From: Squalus acanthias
Lineage: Eukaryota
NCBI GenBank assembly: GCA_030390025.1
Contig: CM059432.1
Coordinates: 122,576,001 to 122,640,000 of the forward strand
Length of the DNA stretch: 64,000 nucleotides
Direction of reading: 5' to 3'
Positions 50,960-64,000 of this stretch are shown here, one piece after another (position 1 is the first letter of the stretch; the number at the start of each line of letters is the position of its first letter). The notes beneath the pieces were generated by a model. It made no database searches. It had not been told where the DNA came from and saw only the letters and a program-made list of their open reading frames with translations. Position numbers and translations under genes: made by a program.

Positions 50960-51362
50960 CAGGTTGGCTCAGTGGCAGCACTCTAATCAGAGTCAGAAGG
51001 TCATGGGTTCTTGAGCATGTAATCTGGGATGACACTTCAGTGCAGTACTAAGGGAGTGCTGCATTGTCCGAGGTGCCATCTTTTGGACGACACATAAATC
51101 CGAGGCCCCATCGGCCTGTCCAGGTGGATCCAATGGTACCGTTCAGATAAGAGCAGGGGAGTTCTTACTCAGTCCTGGCCAACATTTATTCCTCAACCAC
51201 ACCACCAAACAGATTAACTGGTCATTATCACATCGCCGTTCATTGGGCTTGGCTATCATATTCGCTAACATAACAATGACTACACTTCATGAGTACATCA
51301 TTGCCACCTTGGAACATCCCGAGGATCTGAGGGTGTTATAGAAACAGAAGTTCTTTCTTTCT
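50960..51362 (+). mobile_element. Degenerate Deu-SINE
   Basis: Collinear with 48283-48737. Confidence 0.75.
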
Positions 51363-53654
51363 CCCAGTGCTTGATTTTTACCCCAAATAAAACACATAAT
51401 TTGCAGCTAATTCACAAACATATTCCAGCCATTTCTAGCAGTTCTGGCAATGACAAATGTAAAATTCATTTCAAGAAAAAATTAGCACTATAATCACCAA
51501 TACTGCTATTCTTCCACGAGCAATCCAGCAATTTGAAAATCTTGAACTGGGCAGCATTTCAGCCATGGCCATCGTTTTCAATACAAGTGGCCAGAACAAA
51601 CTGCCACTACCATTCCTACTCGCCACGAGACATAGCCTAGTTTCCGAGGGAACATGCAGTGCAGGTTCAGACAATATGTCACTGTACTTGGCTCATACAA
51701 AAGGACGATTCAAAATTGTTTCATCTCGAGACTGGAGGAATTTTTTATGCTTTACAAATATTATGAGTTATTTAAAGGAGTTATGTTTGCTGCACAGAAG
51801 TTTAGCCCAAGGCTCCAGTTAATAGACAAGCAAGTTTGTCTTCGAAATCCCAAGTAGATGAGAAACCACATCATCGCAGCACCGCAACTTGCTGCGATAG
51901 TCAAGCTGTAGAAATGGTTTATTCCCCCCTGCCCCCACCAGCAAAGGGAAAGCAATGGAAGCTCACTGGACCCTGAAAACAGACATTTCATCTGTAGCAC
52001 ATCAGGAAATTCAAATACAAAAGCAACAATTTGAAAAATGCATGAAACTGAGGAGAAAGTAAAATTGCTCTCTACCAGATTAGTGAATTTTGTCTTTTCC
52101 ACCCCTAACAGGTAGAGTTGGTGAATGTTTTTAAAGCAGCGGGAAGTTTGAAGCTCTCGTGTTCTAATTCCCAGCTGCTGGTCAGGAGGTACAGTTAGAG
52201 ACACGCACACTTCGAACCCCTTCCACGGAGCTACAAATGAAAATAGAGAAATGATTTTGGTTAACTTTGCGTGACAATGCTCTGGCATGAAATTCAAAAA
52301 TAAATTAGGATTTTCAGTCGAGCCTCCATAACCAAATGCAATAAAACTGATTAGGACGGTGAATGGTTTACCATTAATGTATGTTACAGACAGTGGCCCT
52401 GAAACTCCACAGGGCGACCACCAGTTACCCCTCCAATTTCAGCAGGAGACCACGGCAAACCCCAGAGAAGCAGCATAAATGGCCATGTCCAGCCTTTGTC
52501 ACGAGTGTCCTTCAGAGTTTCAGCAGCAAACTGGGGGAACCTTCCTGGAATGTCTAGACCAGGATTTCTGGTACCCATTTTATCAGTCATCATACTTCTA
52601 ATAGCACATCTTTGCATATCTGTAAAAGACAACCAATCACGATTGAATAACCAAGGGAAATAACCAATCGGGAATGGTAGCCACCAATCAAGAAGTTCAA
52701 AAAACTACATATCAGAAATGGGCAAAAAAATAACAGCTGCCAATGGAGTGGGGAGGGGGAGGGGGCTGGAGATATTAAAAAATGAATTTTTTGAAAATCC
52801 TTCTTGAACAACCATCTTACTTCCTCCACGAAGCTGAGCACCCATTATTAGAAATAAGCTGAGTAACTTAATAAAACCAAAGAGTTACACATCCACCCAC
52901 AAAGGCACAACCGCTGCCTCCAGTGTGAGCAACTCCAACTGTTGCTGAATACCAAAATAAATCACTACTCACCAAATAATGTGTCATTTGTTTTCTCTTC
53001 ATGCTGCTTGTCCATTCAGTTGGGATTTAAGGGACAGAGATGTAATGCACAAGATTTTTAAACTTGTTGTAAGAGCATGAATTTCCCCCAAAGGTGTTAC
53101 TTTCAAAAAATACAATATCATCTTTCACAAAGGACTGACAAACCCAGGCTCATTTTTTCATTCATATATGATTTCATGTTTATGACAAGCTTATTTATAT
53201 CACACACTTCTGTTCAAAAAAAAATCAAACTTTAAAAAAAAAGTTAAAAGAGTTCCCAGACATAACTATCAGCCACTCCTTTATCACTCACTGAAAAAAC
53301 GGATGAAATTGTGTTTAGTCTTACATAACCCCTTGGATAGGATTTTAGGCTCAGTTCTCAACTAAGGTATGTTCGGCAGTGTAAACTAGACTGCTCACAA
53401 TTTCAACACATTCTGAGTCACCTTAGATTAAGCTGCAGGCTGTTTGCGCAATACAGCACAGCTACTAACAGGAATATGTTGTCAAAAATAGGAACTGGGC
53501 ATAACAGATACAGGATTATAGTTAAAACGAGAGGGAGATGAAAACACAGATTCACCAGAATGATACCGGGGCTAAAAGGGTTAAATTATGAGGACTGGTT
53601 GCATAGACTAGGGTTGTATTCCCTTGAATACAGAAGATTAACAGGCGATATAAT

Positions 53655-54258
53655 TTTTTTTTAAATTCTTTCCCGGGATGTGGGCTTCGCTGGCAAGGCC
53701 AGCGTTTATTGACCATCCCTAATTGCGCTCGAGAAGGTGGTGGTGAGCCGCCTTCCTGAACCGCTGCAGTCTGTGTGGTGAAGGTACTCCCACAGTGCTG
53801 TTAGGGAGGGAGTTCCAGGAGTTTGACCCAGCGACGATGAAGGATCGGCGATATATTTCCAAGTCAGGATGGTGTGTGACTTGGAGGGGAACTTGGAGGT
53901 GATGGTGTTCCCATGCAGCTGCTGCCCTTGTCCTTCTAGGTGAAAGAGGTTGCAGGTTTGGGAGGTGCTGTTGAAGAAGCCTTGGTGAGTTGCTGCAGTT
54001 CATCTTGTAGATGATACACACTGTTGCCACAGTGCACTGCTGGTGGAGGGAGTGAATGTTTAAGGTGGTGGATGGGGTGCCAATCAAGCGGGCTGCTTTG
54101 TCCTGGATGGTGTCGAGCTTCTTGAGTGTTGTTGGAGCTGCACTCATCCAGGCAAGTGAAGAGTATTCCATCATACTCCTGACTTGTGCCTTGTAGATGG
54201 TGGAAAGGCTTTGGGGAGTCAGGAGGTGAGACACGCGCCGCAGAATACCAGCCTCTCT
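53655..54258 (-). mobile_element. Zenon-like LINE 3' fragment
   Basis: IYKAQVRSMMEYSSLAWMSAAPTTLKKLDTIQDKAARLIG; T-run at the left end. Confidence 0.85.
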
Positions 54259-54385
54259 ACTAGACACGTTTCTTCAAATTTCCCACCCTTCAAACGTATG
54301 TTCGATGGAAGCACAAACCCAGTGGACACACATCCTAAGCCATCAAAATATCAACTCAGCACTAACTGGTGCTCACATTTATCTC

Positions 54386-54874
54386 ACAACAACAACTTGC
54401 ATTTATATAACGCCTTTAATGTAGTAAAACGTTCTAAGGCGCGTCACAGAAGTGTTATCAAACAAAATTTGACACCGAGTCGGATAAGGAGATATTAGGA
54501 CAGGCGACTAAAACCTTGGTCAAAGAGTAGGTTTTAAGGAGTGTTTTAAAAGGAGAGAGATGTAGAGAGGAGGAGAGGTTTAGAAGGGAATTCCAAAGCT
54601 GAGGGCCTAGGCAACGGAAGACACGGCTGCCAATGGTAGAGCGATGAAAATCGGGGACATGCAAGAGGCCAGAATTGGAGGAGCATACAGATCTCTGAGG
54701 GTTGTAGGGCATGAGGAGGTTACAAAGATAGGGAGGGGTGAGGCCATGGAGGGATTTGAAAACAAGGATGAGAATTTTAGAATCGAGGCGTTGCCTGACT
54801 GAGAGCCAATGGAGGTCTACGAGCACGGGGGTGATGGGTGAACGGGACTTGGTGCGAGTTAGGACATGGGCAGC
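54386..54874 (-). mobile_element. L2 3' end
   Basis: (aac)n tail; [31 protein letters not shown]. Confidence 0.87.
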
Positions 54875-56702
54875 CGACGGTCACCTACAAAGATGCTCTG
54901 AAAAAGCCGGTGTGTACAATTGGAAAGAAGAACTGCATACTGGTGAGAATGCTCTGGAATGAAGCTGGATGAGGCATGACCATGCTATGGACGAACAACG
55001 CCCTGTACCCACAAGTGGTTCAAACCCAAGGCCCACTGCTGTAAGATTGATCAGGGATTCAACTTTAACAGTCTTAACAAAGCACGCTTATAATATGGCC
55101 TCCCACTTAGACACAATTGTCTAACATGTATTATATTACAACATAGGCATCAAGCATATGTGCTTGAACCCAAAACACTTGATAATGAAAAGCACCTAAA
55201 TTATAAACCATGTAAAAAACAGAACTTCCAGCCAGCCACCTTTAGCAGGAACAGGATTACAGTTTGCAGTCCAACAGGAGCCTGCAGTCCAAGCAATTGT
55301 AATGTAACTAACGGATAGTCCAAAGGTTACCAAATACAAACAATGATCTGATGAGGCCTGAGGTCATTACTAAGCTGATCTATTATGTATCACCAACAGT
55401 CTAACTTAGCTTGAAAACCTCTCAATGTAATGTAAAAACAATTAAGTTGCTAACTTCTTACAGACAATTCTGCGTCATTTCCACAGCTAAAATAAAATAA
55501 AGATATTGCAGCAATGGAGAAACCAGTGGCAACTTGCCCCCTGCGGTGAGTTTTCCAAAGACAGGAGGAGTCAGAAGATGAGCAAAACTCAAACAAGAAA
55601 CTAATGAGATGAACATAAAAAGAGCAAAATGGAAGAGAAGAATAAGGGAAACAAAGTAAGAACAAGAAGGAGTGAAAGAAAGAGACAAGTTCTACTATGG
55701 ACAGCCATTCCTCCAACTTGCTCTTACATTTTTGTGTAAGTGCAACGTTTTTGGTTCAAAGTAGAACTCTCCTTATGAGCCCTTGCATCATACACCAACC
55801 CCAACTGACACGGCAATTCGTCTTAGAGGGTCCTGAGCATTAATCCGTGCACTGCTATTTAGTGGCATCGAGCACCATACCACTCACCACCTGCACGTAG
55901 AGCACTTCAAAATGAAGGGAAGAAAAATGTAGCCCTTGCAGCTTTCAAGCTAGAATAGGTGCGAAGAATATTTTGTTGAAAATGCAAATAAAGAGGGAAG
56001 AGTTCATAAACACTGCAACGATGAATCATACAGCACAGAAGGAGGCCATTCGGCCTATCGTGCCTGTGCTGGCTCTTTGAAAGAGCTATTCAATTAAGTA
56101 TTGCAAGTTCAGGTCTCTGGACCAGATGGTCAGAGAGGTGAAAGATCGGGAGGGGATCCCGGGGGAGGGAGATCAGGGCTAGGGGGAGGGAGATGTTGGA
56201 GCGGGGACGTGATGCAAGGACCCCTTCTTTGTATATGCAAATAGCCCAACGCCTGTTTCAAGGGTGGGTAAAGGACACCTCTTGTTTGTCCTTACCCAAT
56301 ATGGCGGGCGGCACTTCCGGTCGGTAGTGTGTGCGCACTTCATGCCCGCCATTTTGGAGCCTCAGGGGGTTGCATAGCCCCTGAATAACAGGGTCTATGC
56401 AGTCCAATTTAATCCCCATTAGCTGCCCTACACTGAGACAGCTCTTAAACAAGCCAGTAGGAAGTCCACAGCAGCAGCTGAGAGAGACTCGGTCAATGTT
56501 CTCTTTGTGGAGAAGTACCTCAGAAAGGTCTGACCAACATCCAGAACTGGTGCGAGTAATGGCAAACATAACTTTATTCCCCCAGTACTCCAACACAATC
56601 CAAATTTTGAAATATATATCTCTCTCTAAAATATATTGAACATTTTATATCTGCTCTCACTTCCTATCTGTGCGGCTTGACTTCCCGTGGTCACAGGTTT
56701 TG

Positions 56703-57097
56703 GGGGTAATCTTAATCTAACCCACCCAGTGGGAACGGACGCCCGTTTTACATCCCACCCAACTTTACACTCTATTGAACTGCTCCTGGGCCTGGCCAAG
56801 AAGGTCATTAATTGGTCCAGGCAGCGGGCGGTCGTTCGGCCCGATTGCCTGCCTCTCTTCCGCGGCCATGTTCGCGCCCGGGTGGCCCTGGAGAGGGAGC
56901 ACGCGGTGTCCACCGGCACGCTTGAGTTTTTCCGCGACCGGTGGGCGCCGCGGGGACTGGAGTGCATCGTCACCCCGGGCTACCAAATTTTAATTTAAGT
57001 TGTTAAGTTTCCTTTAAAGTTTTATTGATTTACAGCTATTTGGTTTAAGTGCCCACATAAAAGAGTACACTCTATTGAAGCCCACCAATTTTTCCCC
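56703..57097. mobile_element. Short Harbinger-like MITE hosting a Tx1 insertion
   Basis: Ends ggggtaatctt / aatttttcccc (8/11 inverted match); ttg on both flanks. Confidence 0.5.
56780..57065 (+). mobile_element. 5'-truncated Tx1-like (L1 clade) LINE
   Basis: LLLGLAKKVINWSR...LFRGHVRARVALERE...LEFFRDRW resembles the Tx1 ORF2 C-terminus; perfect 14-bp TSD tacactctattgaa (56766-56779, 57066-57079). Confidence 0.75.
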
Positions 57098-57719
57098 TTG
57101 GTAACTGAAAATTCTCAGATCCAAAATAAGTGTTTAACCAAAATAAAGAATTCCAAAACTCGCATATTTCAAAATAACATGATTAAATTTATTCACCAAA
57201 TTGTCGTGTGCGGCTTTTAATGCCGTCATTAAAGTTTTTACTTCAAGCCTCTCCCAACACGTTGATATTTTTGCCCAAAACTATGATACTCTGGGCTGAA
57301 TTTGTACTGTGCAGTTTCCCAGGTTGTATCAGTACTGTTCAGTCACTGATAGAGGAATATTTTTGCTTTACTTTCTAGCAGTTTCTGGTCAAACATTTTT
57401 CAAAATTATTAGGAGAAAAGCTACAGGGCAAATTTGAAAAGCTTTACGAAGGTCAAATTCATACGAGTGCTTTTTCAAAAATGTGACCTCTGTTTTACAT
57501 TCTATAAACTTTAGAAAGTGAGAAGAGGGAAAAGAGAGAAAACAGGCACATCTTTCTGGAAAATCAGAACTTTAAACTTTCTGTCAAAACAACAAAGCAC
57601 CCAAATTGAAATTCATTAACCGTAGAAGGTACAACATGGGCATCTTATGACCTATGTACATCTGTTATTTGAAATGGGGGAGTGAAGGATTGGTCTGCGT
57701 TTTTAAAGAAACACCATTT

Positions 57720-58852
57720 CCTGGTATAAAAGGCCTTCGATTAGGTAGACTCATGACGAAGGTCAAAGCATGTGGAGTCACAGGACAGGTAGCAGAATAG
57801 ATAATGGATAGCAAGCTGGCTACAAAACAGAAAACAGAGTAGAGGTTAAGGGCAGCTACTCAGACTGGCAAAAGGCGAGAAGTGGTGTTCCACAGGGATT
57901 GCTGCTGGGACTGTTGACAATTTACATTAATGATTGGGACTCGGGAATCGAAGTATATTTCTAAATTTGCGGACGACACCAACTTGGGGGGGGGGGGGCG
58001 TGTAGTTAATACAAAAGGAAGAATGTGACAAAAATACAAAGAAGACATTAACAAACTTGCAGAATGGGCGTGGAAATGGCAAATGAATTTCAATATAGCT
58101 CAGTGTGAGGCAGTGCATTTTGCTAGAAAGAAAAAGGTCATTTGTTGCTTGGATAGTAAGTGTCTAAATGGGGTAGAGGAGCAAAAGGATCTGGGGTACA
58201 GATATACAAATCACTAAAAGTAGCAGGTGAATAAGACCATAAAAAAAGCATACCAGGCACTGGCGTTCACTGCTAGAGCGATAGAACTGAAAAGCAGAGA
58301 AGTTGAATCGAACCTTGGTTAGACCACACTTGGAGTACTCTGAACAGTTCTGGTCTCCATATTATAAAAAGGATATAGAGAAGGTACAAAAAAAATTTAC
58401 TAGAATGATAGCAGAACTGAAAGGTTATAGTTATCAAGATTGAACAGGCTGTGGCTCTTTTCTCCAGAAAAGAGAAGATTGAGGGGTGACCTGATAGAGG
58501 TCAAAGGGTTTGATAGGTTAGACATGGAGAAAATATTTTTACTTGTGGGGAGACCAAAACTGGAGGCCATAAATATAAGATATCAGTAATAAATCCAATA
58601 GGGAATTCAGGAGAAATTTCTTTACTCAAAGAGTGGTAAGAATGTGGAATGTGCTACCATAAAGAGTAGTTGAGGCAAATAGCACAGATGCATTTAAGGG
58701 AAAGCTAGATAAGCACATGAGGGAGAAAGAAATAGCAGGTATGCTGATAGGGTGAGATGAAGAGGGGTGGGAGGAGGCTCATGTGGAGCATAAACACCGG
58801 CATAAACCAGTTGGGCCGAATGGCCTGTTTCTGTGCTGAAGACTCAATGTAA
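57720..58852 (+). mobile_element. CR1 3' fragment
   Basis: SKFADDT, RPHLEY, FRRNFFTQRVVRMWN and a CR1 tail. Confidence 0.87.
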
Positions 58853-60044
58853 CTTTTGACATCAACTTCATCACAATAGGTCAATAAAATTCTAATAGTT
58901 CAACTTATAAACTACTTGCAAGACATAATTTTGTCCCTCCCCATTTCCATACAGAACCATCAAATGAATGCAAATCCAAAATTTAGGTAATGCAATGTGA
59001 TAAGGACCACTCAGTGAGTTTTCAGGGTAATCTTATAATTTTCCTCCATTTCATTTTCATGTTTTGTACATGAGCAAGCCAAATAAAATATCACACTTTA
59101 AAAAAGATCGAAGTTCAGCTCCATGTCATTCCAGACCTCCAGCATGCAAGTGAATGACTACCATTGAAAAGGACTGTAAGCCAAATGGATAGTGGGGATT
59201 ACAGGTCTAACTGATCCAGCATTTACCACAGTATGATGTCCAAAAAGCCTTATATTGCTGCAGTTTAAGTTGAATTTGATAAAGCAGAGATGACAGATGG
59301 TGTTATGTGACACGTGGTGTCCAGCATGGTCAATCTAATGCTGTAAAAACCAGTATCACAGTCCTGAGCAAGTGCTCTGTTTGAATTAGGCAAATACACT
59401 TTGTGAAATCGTCTTACTGAATTGAATCAAATATGGTTTTCTGCAATTGCAAATCACTTTCTAACTGGGACAAAGTGTATCAATTTTGACATTGGCAATT
59501 TCAACAGATGCCAACAAAGCACCAACATATATTGGAAGTACTCACTTTCAGATCTATAATAAAATTTTTAAAAGAGAACGTGATACCCAAGACTAGTTTC
59601 AAGCCAGCAATCATGTAGTAACATAGTTTGTGTGGGCAGGAGAATATCATTGATCCATTTAGCATATCCTTCCAAGCCTACCTCATCAGTTTCCTTACTG
59701 TGATTCAGCAGTTAAAAGCCATGTATCCCTTTTACTAACAGGAATTCCAATCGTTTTTTCAGACTGGCTATGGCTTTCTGCTGCACCACTCCAGCTGACA
59801 ATCTGTTCCACAATTGTACCACCCGCTTACTAAAAAAATGCAGCTTAATTTCTCTTATTTTTTAAACAGCATTAACTCTTTGTCCGTATATTCTGTCATT
59901 GATGTGCAAAGACCACCACAATGAAGATTAATTAGTGACTTAATCATTAATTACCAGTAAACAGTTGCTGTAAAGTACTACTTATCAATATTTTTTAACA
60001 AGTTATCCCAAATTTCTGCCTATCTTTCCCGCAGCTCCATGACT

Positions 60045-61340
60045 GAACCTCTCCAATCAGGTTTCTGTCCGTCACAGCACTGAAACGGCCCTTATCAAAG
60101 TCACAAATGACATCCTATGTGACTGTGGTGCACTATCCCTCCCCATCCTTCTCGACGTGTCTGCAGCCCTCGAGACGGTTGACTACTCGATCCTCATCCG
60201 TTGACCAGCTGAGTGGGACTGCCCTCGCCTGGTTCCGTTCTTATCGATCCAGTTGTAACCAGAGGTTCTCCTGCAATGACATCTCTTCCTGCTCCTGCAC
60301 CGTTCCCTCTGGAGTCTCCCCAAGGATCGATCCTTGGCCCCTCTCCTATTTCTCACCAACATGCTGCATCTCGGCGACATCATCCGGAAATACGTCAGGT
60401 CCCACATGTACGCTGACGACATCCAGCTCTACCTCACCACCACCTGTGTTGTCAGGCTGCTTGTTCGACATCCAGTACTGGATGAGCTGAAATTTCCTCC
60501 AATTAAATATTGGGAAGACCAAAGCCATTGTCTTCGACCCCCGCCACAAACTCTTTTCCCTCCCCACCAACTCCATCCCACTCCCTGGCCACTGTCTCAG
60601 GCTGAACCAGTCTGTTCGCAACCTCGGCATCCTATCTGACCGTGAACTGAGCTTCCAATCCCATATCCTCTCTATCATTAACACCACCTTCTTCCACCTC
60701 TGTATCATAGTCTCCACCCCTGCCTCAGCCTATCTGCTGCTGAAACCCTCATCCATGCCTTTGTTACCTCTAGACTTGACTATTCCAATACTCTCCTGGC
60801 TGGCCTCCCATCTTGCACCCTTCGTAAACTTGAGCTCATCCAAAACTCTGCTGCCCGTATCCTAAAATGGACCAAGTCCCGTTCACCCATCAGCTCTGTG
60901 CTTGCTGACCTACATTGGTTCCTGGTCCCCGAACGCTTTGATTTAAAAAGTTCTCATCCTCGTGTTCAAATCCCTCCATGGCCTTACCCCTGCCTGTCTC
61001 TGAAGCCTCCTCAACCCCTACAACCCTCCGAGAACTCTGCCTTCCTCCAATTCTGGCCTCTTGAGCATCCCTGATTTCCTTCGCCCCACCATTGGCAGCC
61101 GTGCCTTCAGCTGTCTAGGCCCTAAGCTCTGGAATTCTCTCCCTAAACCTCTCCGATGCTCTCTCCTCCTTTCCAAGGCTCCTTAAAACCTACCTCTTTG
61201 ACCAAGCTTTTGGTCAGCTGTCTTAATGTCTCCTTCGATGGCTTGGTGCCTATTTTTTTGTGTCTGATAACGCTCCTGTGAAGCACCTTGGAATGTTTAA
61301 CTACGTTAAAGGTGCTATATAAATACAAGTTGTTGTTGTC
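60045..61340 (+). mobile_element. L2 LINE 3' part
   Basis: QSGF, HSTETAL, PQGSILGP, MYADDIQLY, SRLDYSN and a (gtt)n tail. Confidence 0.9.
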
Positions 61341-61669
61341 ATTCTTTCGTCATATATAAATATCTATCATAATTGTAGTACTATATTCCCATTCTCCCCT
61401 CCTCTTTCTCATGTATTTAAAAAGTGGGCTAGGGAGACAAATGGAGTTTTTGCCCTTCATAAGTCCTCCCTTTAACCAGCCTTGCCAACATAACTCTTCT
61501 TAGTTTTGCATTTACAAGATATTCCACTAACTTTTAAAGATTATACTGGGGCAACTGAAAGTCTCCAGTGATGTGACTTAAATGTCAGTAGACATGAAGA
61601 TTTGCAATTGGGTTGCCTGGGAGCTCATGGCGCCAGTTAATACCATCCACTTCTGAAAAAACCAGTAGT

Positions 61670-61880
61670 AAAGAAAGACTTGCATTTATATAGCGCCTTT
61701 CCCGACCACCGGACGTCTCAAAGCGCTTTACAGCAAATGAAGTACTTTTGAAGTGGAGTCACTGTTGTAAATGTGGGAAACGCGGCAGCCAATTTGCGCA
61801 CAGCAAGGTCCCGCAAACAGCAATGTGATAATGACCAGATAATCTGTTTTTGGTATGTTGGTTGAGGGATAAAGTTGAGT
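61670..61880 (-). mobile_element. Deu-SINE 3' fragment
   Basis: Reverse complement of 48525-48730. Confidence 0.82.
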
Positions 61881-62743
61881 AAGCAGGTGACGTGCACAGA
61901 AACTCCAACACACCACTGCAAGCTTGAAATAGGGTTTTTTGTCCATGATTGCCCACGCAATGACTTCTTGATCTCAGCTGGGAGCAGTGACGTCCCCTCA
62001 GAGAGCCAAAGAAATCAGGTAGGAAGATGCCTTGAGTTCTCTGGCACAAATCCAGTTGGCTAGCTAAGAATCCCATTAACAGAAGTCCAGGAGGTGTCCT
62101 CCCAATCCTTTTGATCAACGAATACAGCATCGTTTGAGGAAGCATAAAACCAAGGCTGGAAAAAACAAACTTAACGCACGGCAGTATAGGATGGGGAACC
62201 ATAAAACTGAGGTTTAAAATATAAAACGTGAAAGTGATGTGGTAGCAATTGTGGCTCTGGCATCACTGACTTCAATGGGAATTAGTACATTTACTGATTA
62301 ACAAACATCACAAAATCAACAATAAGAACCACTCAGTGCAGAAAGATACACTGAAACCGCAGGATGTGACTCTGCACCCAAGGTTCCACATGCATCAGGT
62401 TCCCAATTTCAGGCATGCCGTTGTAAGAAGACACGAGTGGAGACCAGGCACTTACCCACCTGGGGGAAGGAGAAGAGAATTACTTGGGATTGTTCAATTG
62501 TGTAGCTTCAGATGGATTATGGTGAGCATTAGACTGGAGATCGGATCCATTGTTTGCCTTATCAGCCAGGGCTCGCTCATGGTAAAGGGGGCAAAGAGGA
62601 GAAAGGAAAAATACAAAACAAAAATAAAGTTGTTCGTAAAATGGCAGAGGGAGAAGTAACTTGAAAAAAAAAATCAACATGATTTCCAGTTGTAAGTTAC
62701 TGCGACCCGGAATAACTATTCAACAATAGGAATAATACCAATA

Positions 62744-63108
62744 CAGGAAACTCTTTATTAACCGGCACCGACGGGACCGGCGTGGTGCCGGTTAATCAAA
62801 AAGTCCGGATAACGGAGAGTTATATCTCCCAACGTACGAGAGCCCCGTACACACTGACATGCGCCTGCATTCGGAGCTCCGTCTCCCTGGGGACCGCCAG
62901 CTGACCATCTGTCCTGTCCGCTGCCTACCCGGGCTGCACATTCCCCTCCCAATCTACACGTTCCGATACAAGGCAAACGCCTCGGGGTTTTTTTTTAAAG
63001 TTAATTTTAAACGAGAGATGAAGGAAAACCCCGGTTACCTACTCAAGAATTTTGCCGGTTAAGAGAGATTTCCGGATATTTGGCTGCCGGTTAATAAAGA
63101 GTTTCCTG
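62744..63108. mobile_element. Tc1/mariner (Tigger-like) MITE
   Basis: Perfect 24-bp TIR caggaaactctttattaaccggca; TA TSD at 62742-62743 and 63109-63110. Confidence 0.92.
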
Positions 63109-63684
63109 TATTGGAATTTCACTCCTATTGTGATAAACGTTAGCAAAAGGAACCAAAAATATAGCAATCAGCTCATAAATACTGTGCCATGTAAAGCAAG
63201 TTATCCTCACACAAAATCTGGACTTCCACAGGACAGGTCTTTGCTGCTGCATTTCCTTCACTTTGTACCTAATGTAATATTTTTCACAGTAAGCAACCAC
63301 TGATCGTCATTTATAACAGCAGGCACTCATCAGTGGCTAAGCTCCAGCACAGCTATCCAAGCGGAATATCTTTGTACTCCCTAGGAAAAGTAAGGTAGTC
63401 TGGTAGGAACAGGAGTGAATGATGCCTCCTATCTCTTGCTGGCTTCTGGTGCCAAAATCAAGGATGTTCCCGATTACACCAGAAGCCAAATTCTTTAGTG
63501 CAGGCATATTATAATAACTCCATCAAAAGTTACTAATCATGGAATGATCATCTCAAAATGTAGAGTGCAACACAATGATGTGAATCACTGCACAATAATT
63601 GTGGGGCATGCAAACATAAACCAGAATGAAGTTGCAATTATACTGCAATCACATGTTCAGCAAGGGAGACAAAAACCGATGCAT

Positions 63685-64000
63685 TTTTTAAAATTTGTTT
63701 ATAGGATGTGGGCGTCGCTGGCAAGGCCAGCATTTATTGCCCATCCCTAATTGCCCTCGAGAAGGTGGTGGTGAGTCGCCTTCTTGAACTGCTGCAGTCC
63801 GTGTGGTGAAGGTACTCCCACAGTGCTGTTAGGGAGGGAGTTCCAGGATTTTGACCCAGCGACGATGAAGGATCGGCGATATACTTCTAAGTCAGGATGG
63901 TGTGTGACTTGGAGGGGAACTTGGAGGTGGTGGTGTTCCCATGCGCCTGCTACCCTTGCCCTTCTAGGTGGAAGAGGTCACGGTTTTGGGAGGGGCTGCC
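63685..64000 (-). mobile_element. Zenon-like LINE 3' end (runs off the window)
   Basis: Very similar to 53655-53970. Confidence 0.85.

Noticed and set aside
51761..52297. 178-aa minus-strand ORF
   Set aside because: Non-ATG start, no motif, composition typical of non-coding DNA.
1..64000. CRISPR arrays, prokaryotic operons, or an intact autonomous transposon or virus
   Set aside because: No regularly spaced repeats; every TE coding region seen is truncated or interrupted.

Overview
Repeat-rich vertebrate genomic DNA, inferred from its repeat families and a fish-like SOCS6 orthologue to be from a cartilaginous fish (shark-like). The only protein-coding gene I can support is SOCS6: one coding exon on the minus strand (CDS 23136-24749, 537 aa, SH2 domain plus SOCS box), with a splice acceptor 120 nt upstream of the ATG and a long 3' UTR. 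Sequence to the right is probably the SOCS6 5' intron (no first exon recognised); sequence to the left is downstream/intergenic. Most other ORFs are fragments of decayed retroelements: CR1 LINEs (one near full length), L2 LINEs, CR1/Zenon-like LINEs, a Penelope-like element, a Tx1-like fragment, Deu-domain tRNA-SINEs, an LTR-like segment, and hAT, Harbinger-like and Tc1/mariner MITEs, often nested. I cannot demonstrate a new biological system. The best leads are two uORFs in the SOCS6 leader, a Tx1 copy inside a MITE (possible target specificity), degenerate hammerhead ribozymes in Penelope termini, a four-level TE nest, and an orphan first-exon-like segment near 2 kb. Repeat boundaries are approximate unless a TSD/TIR is given.
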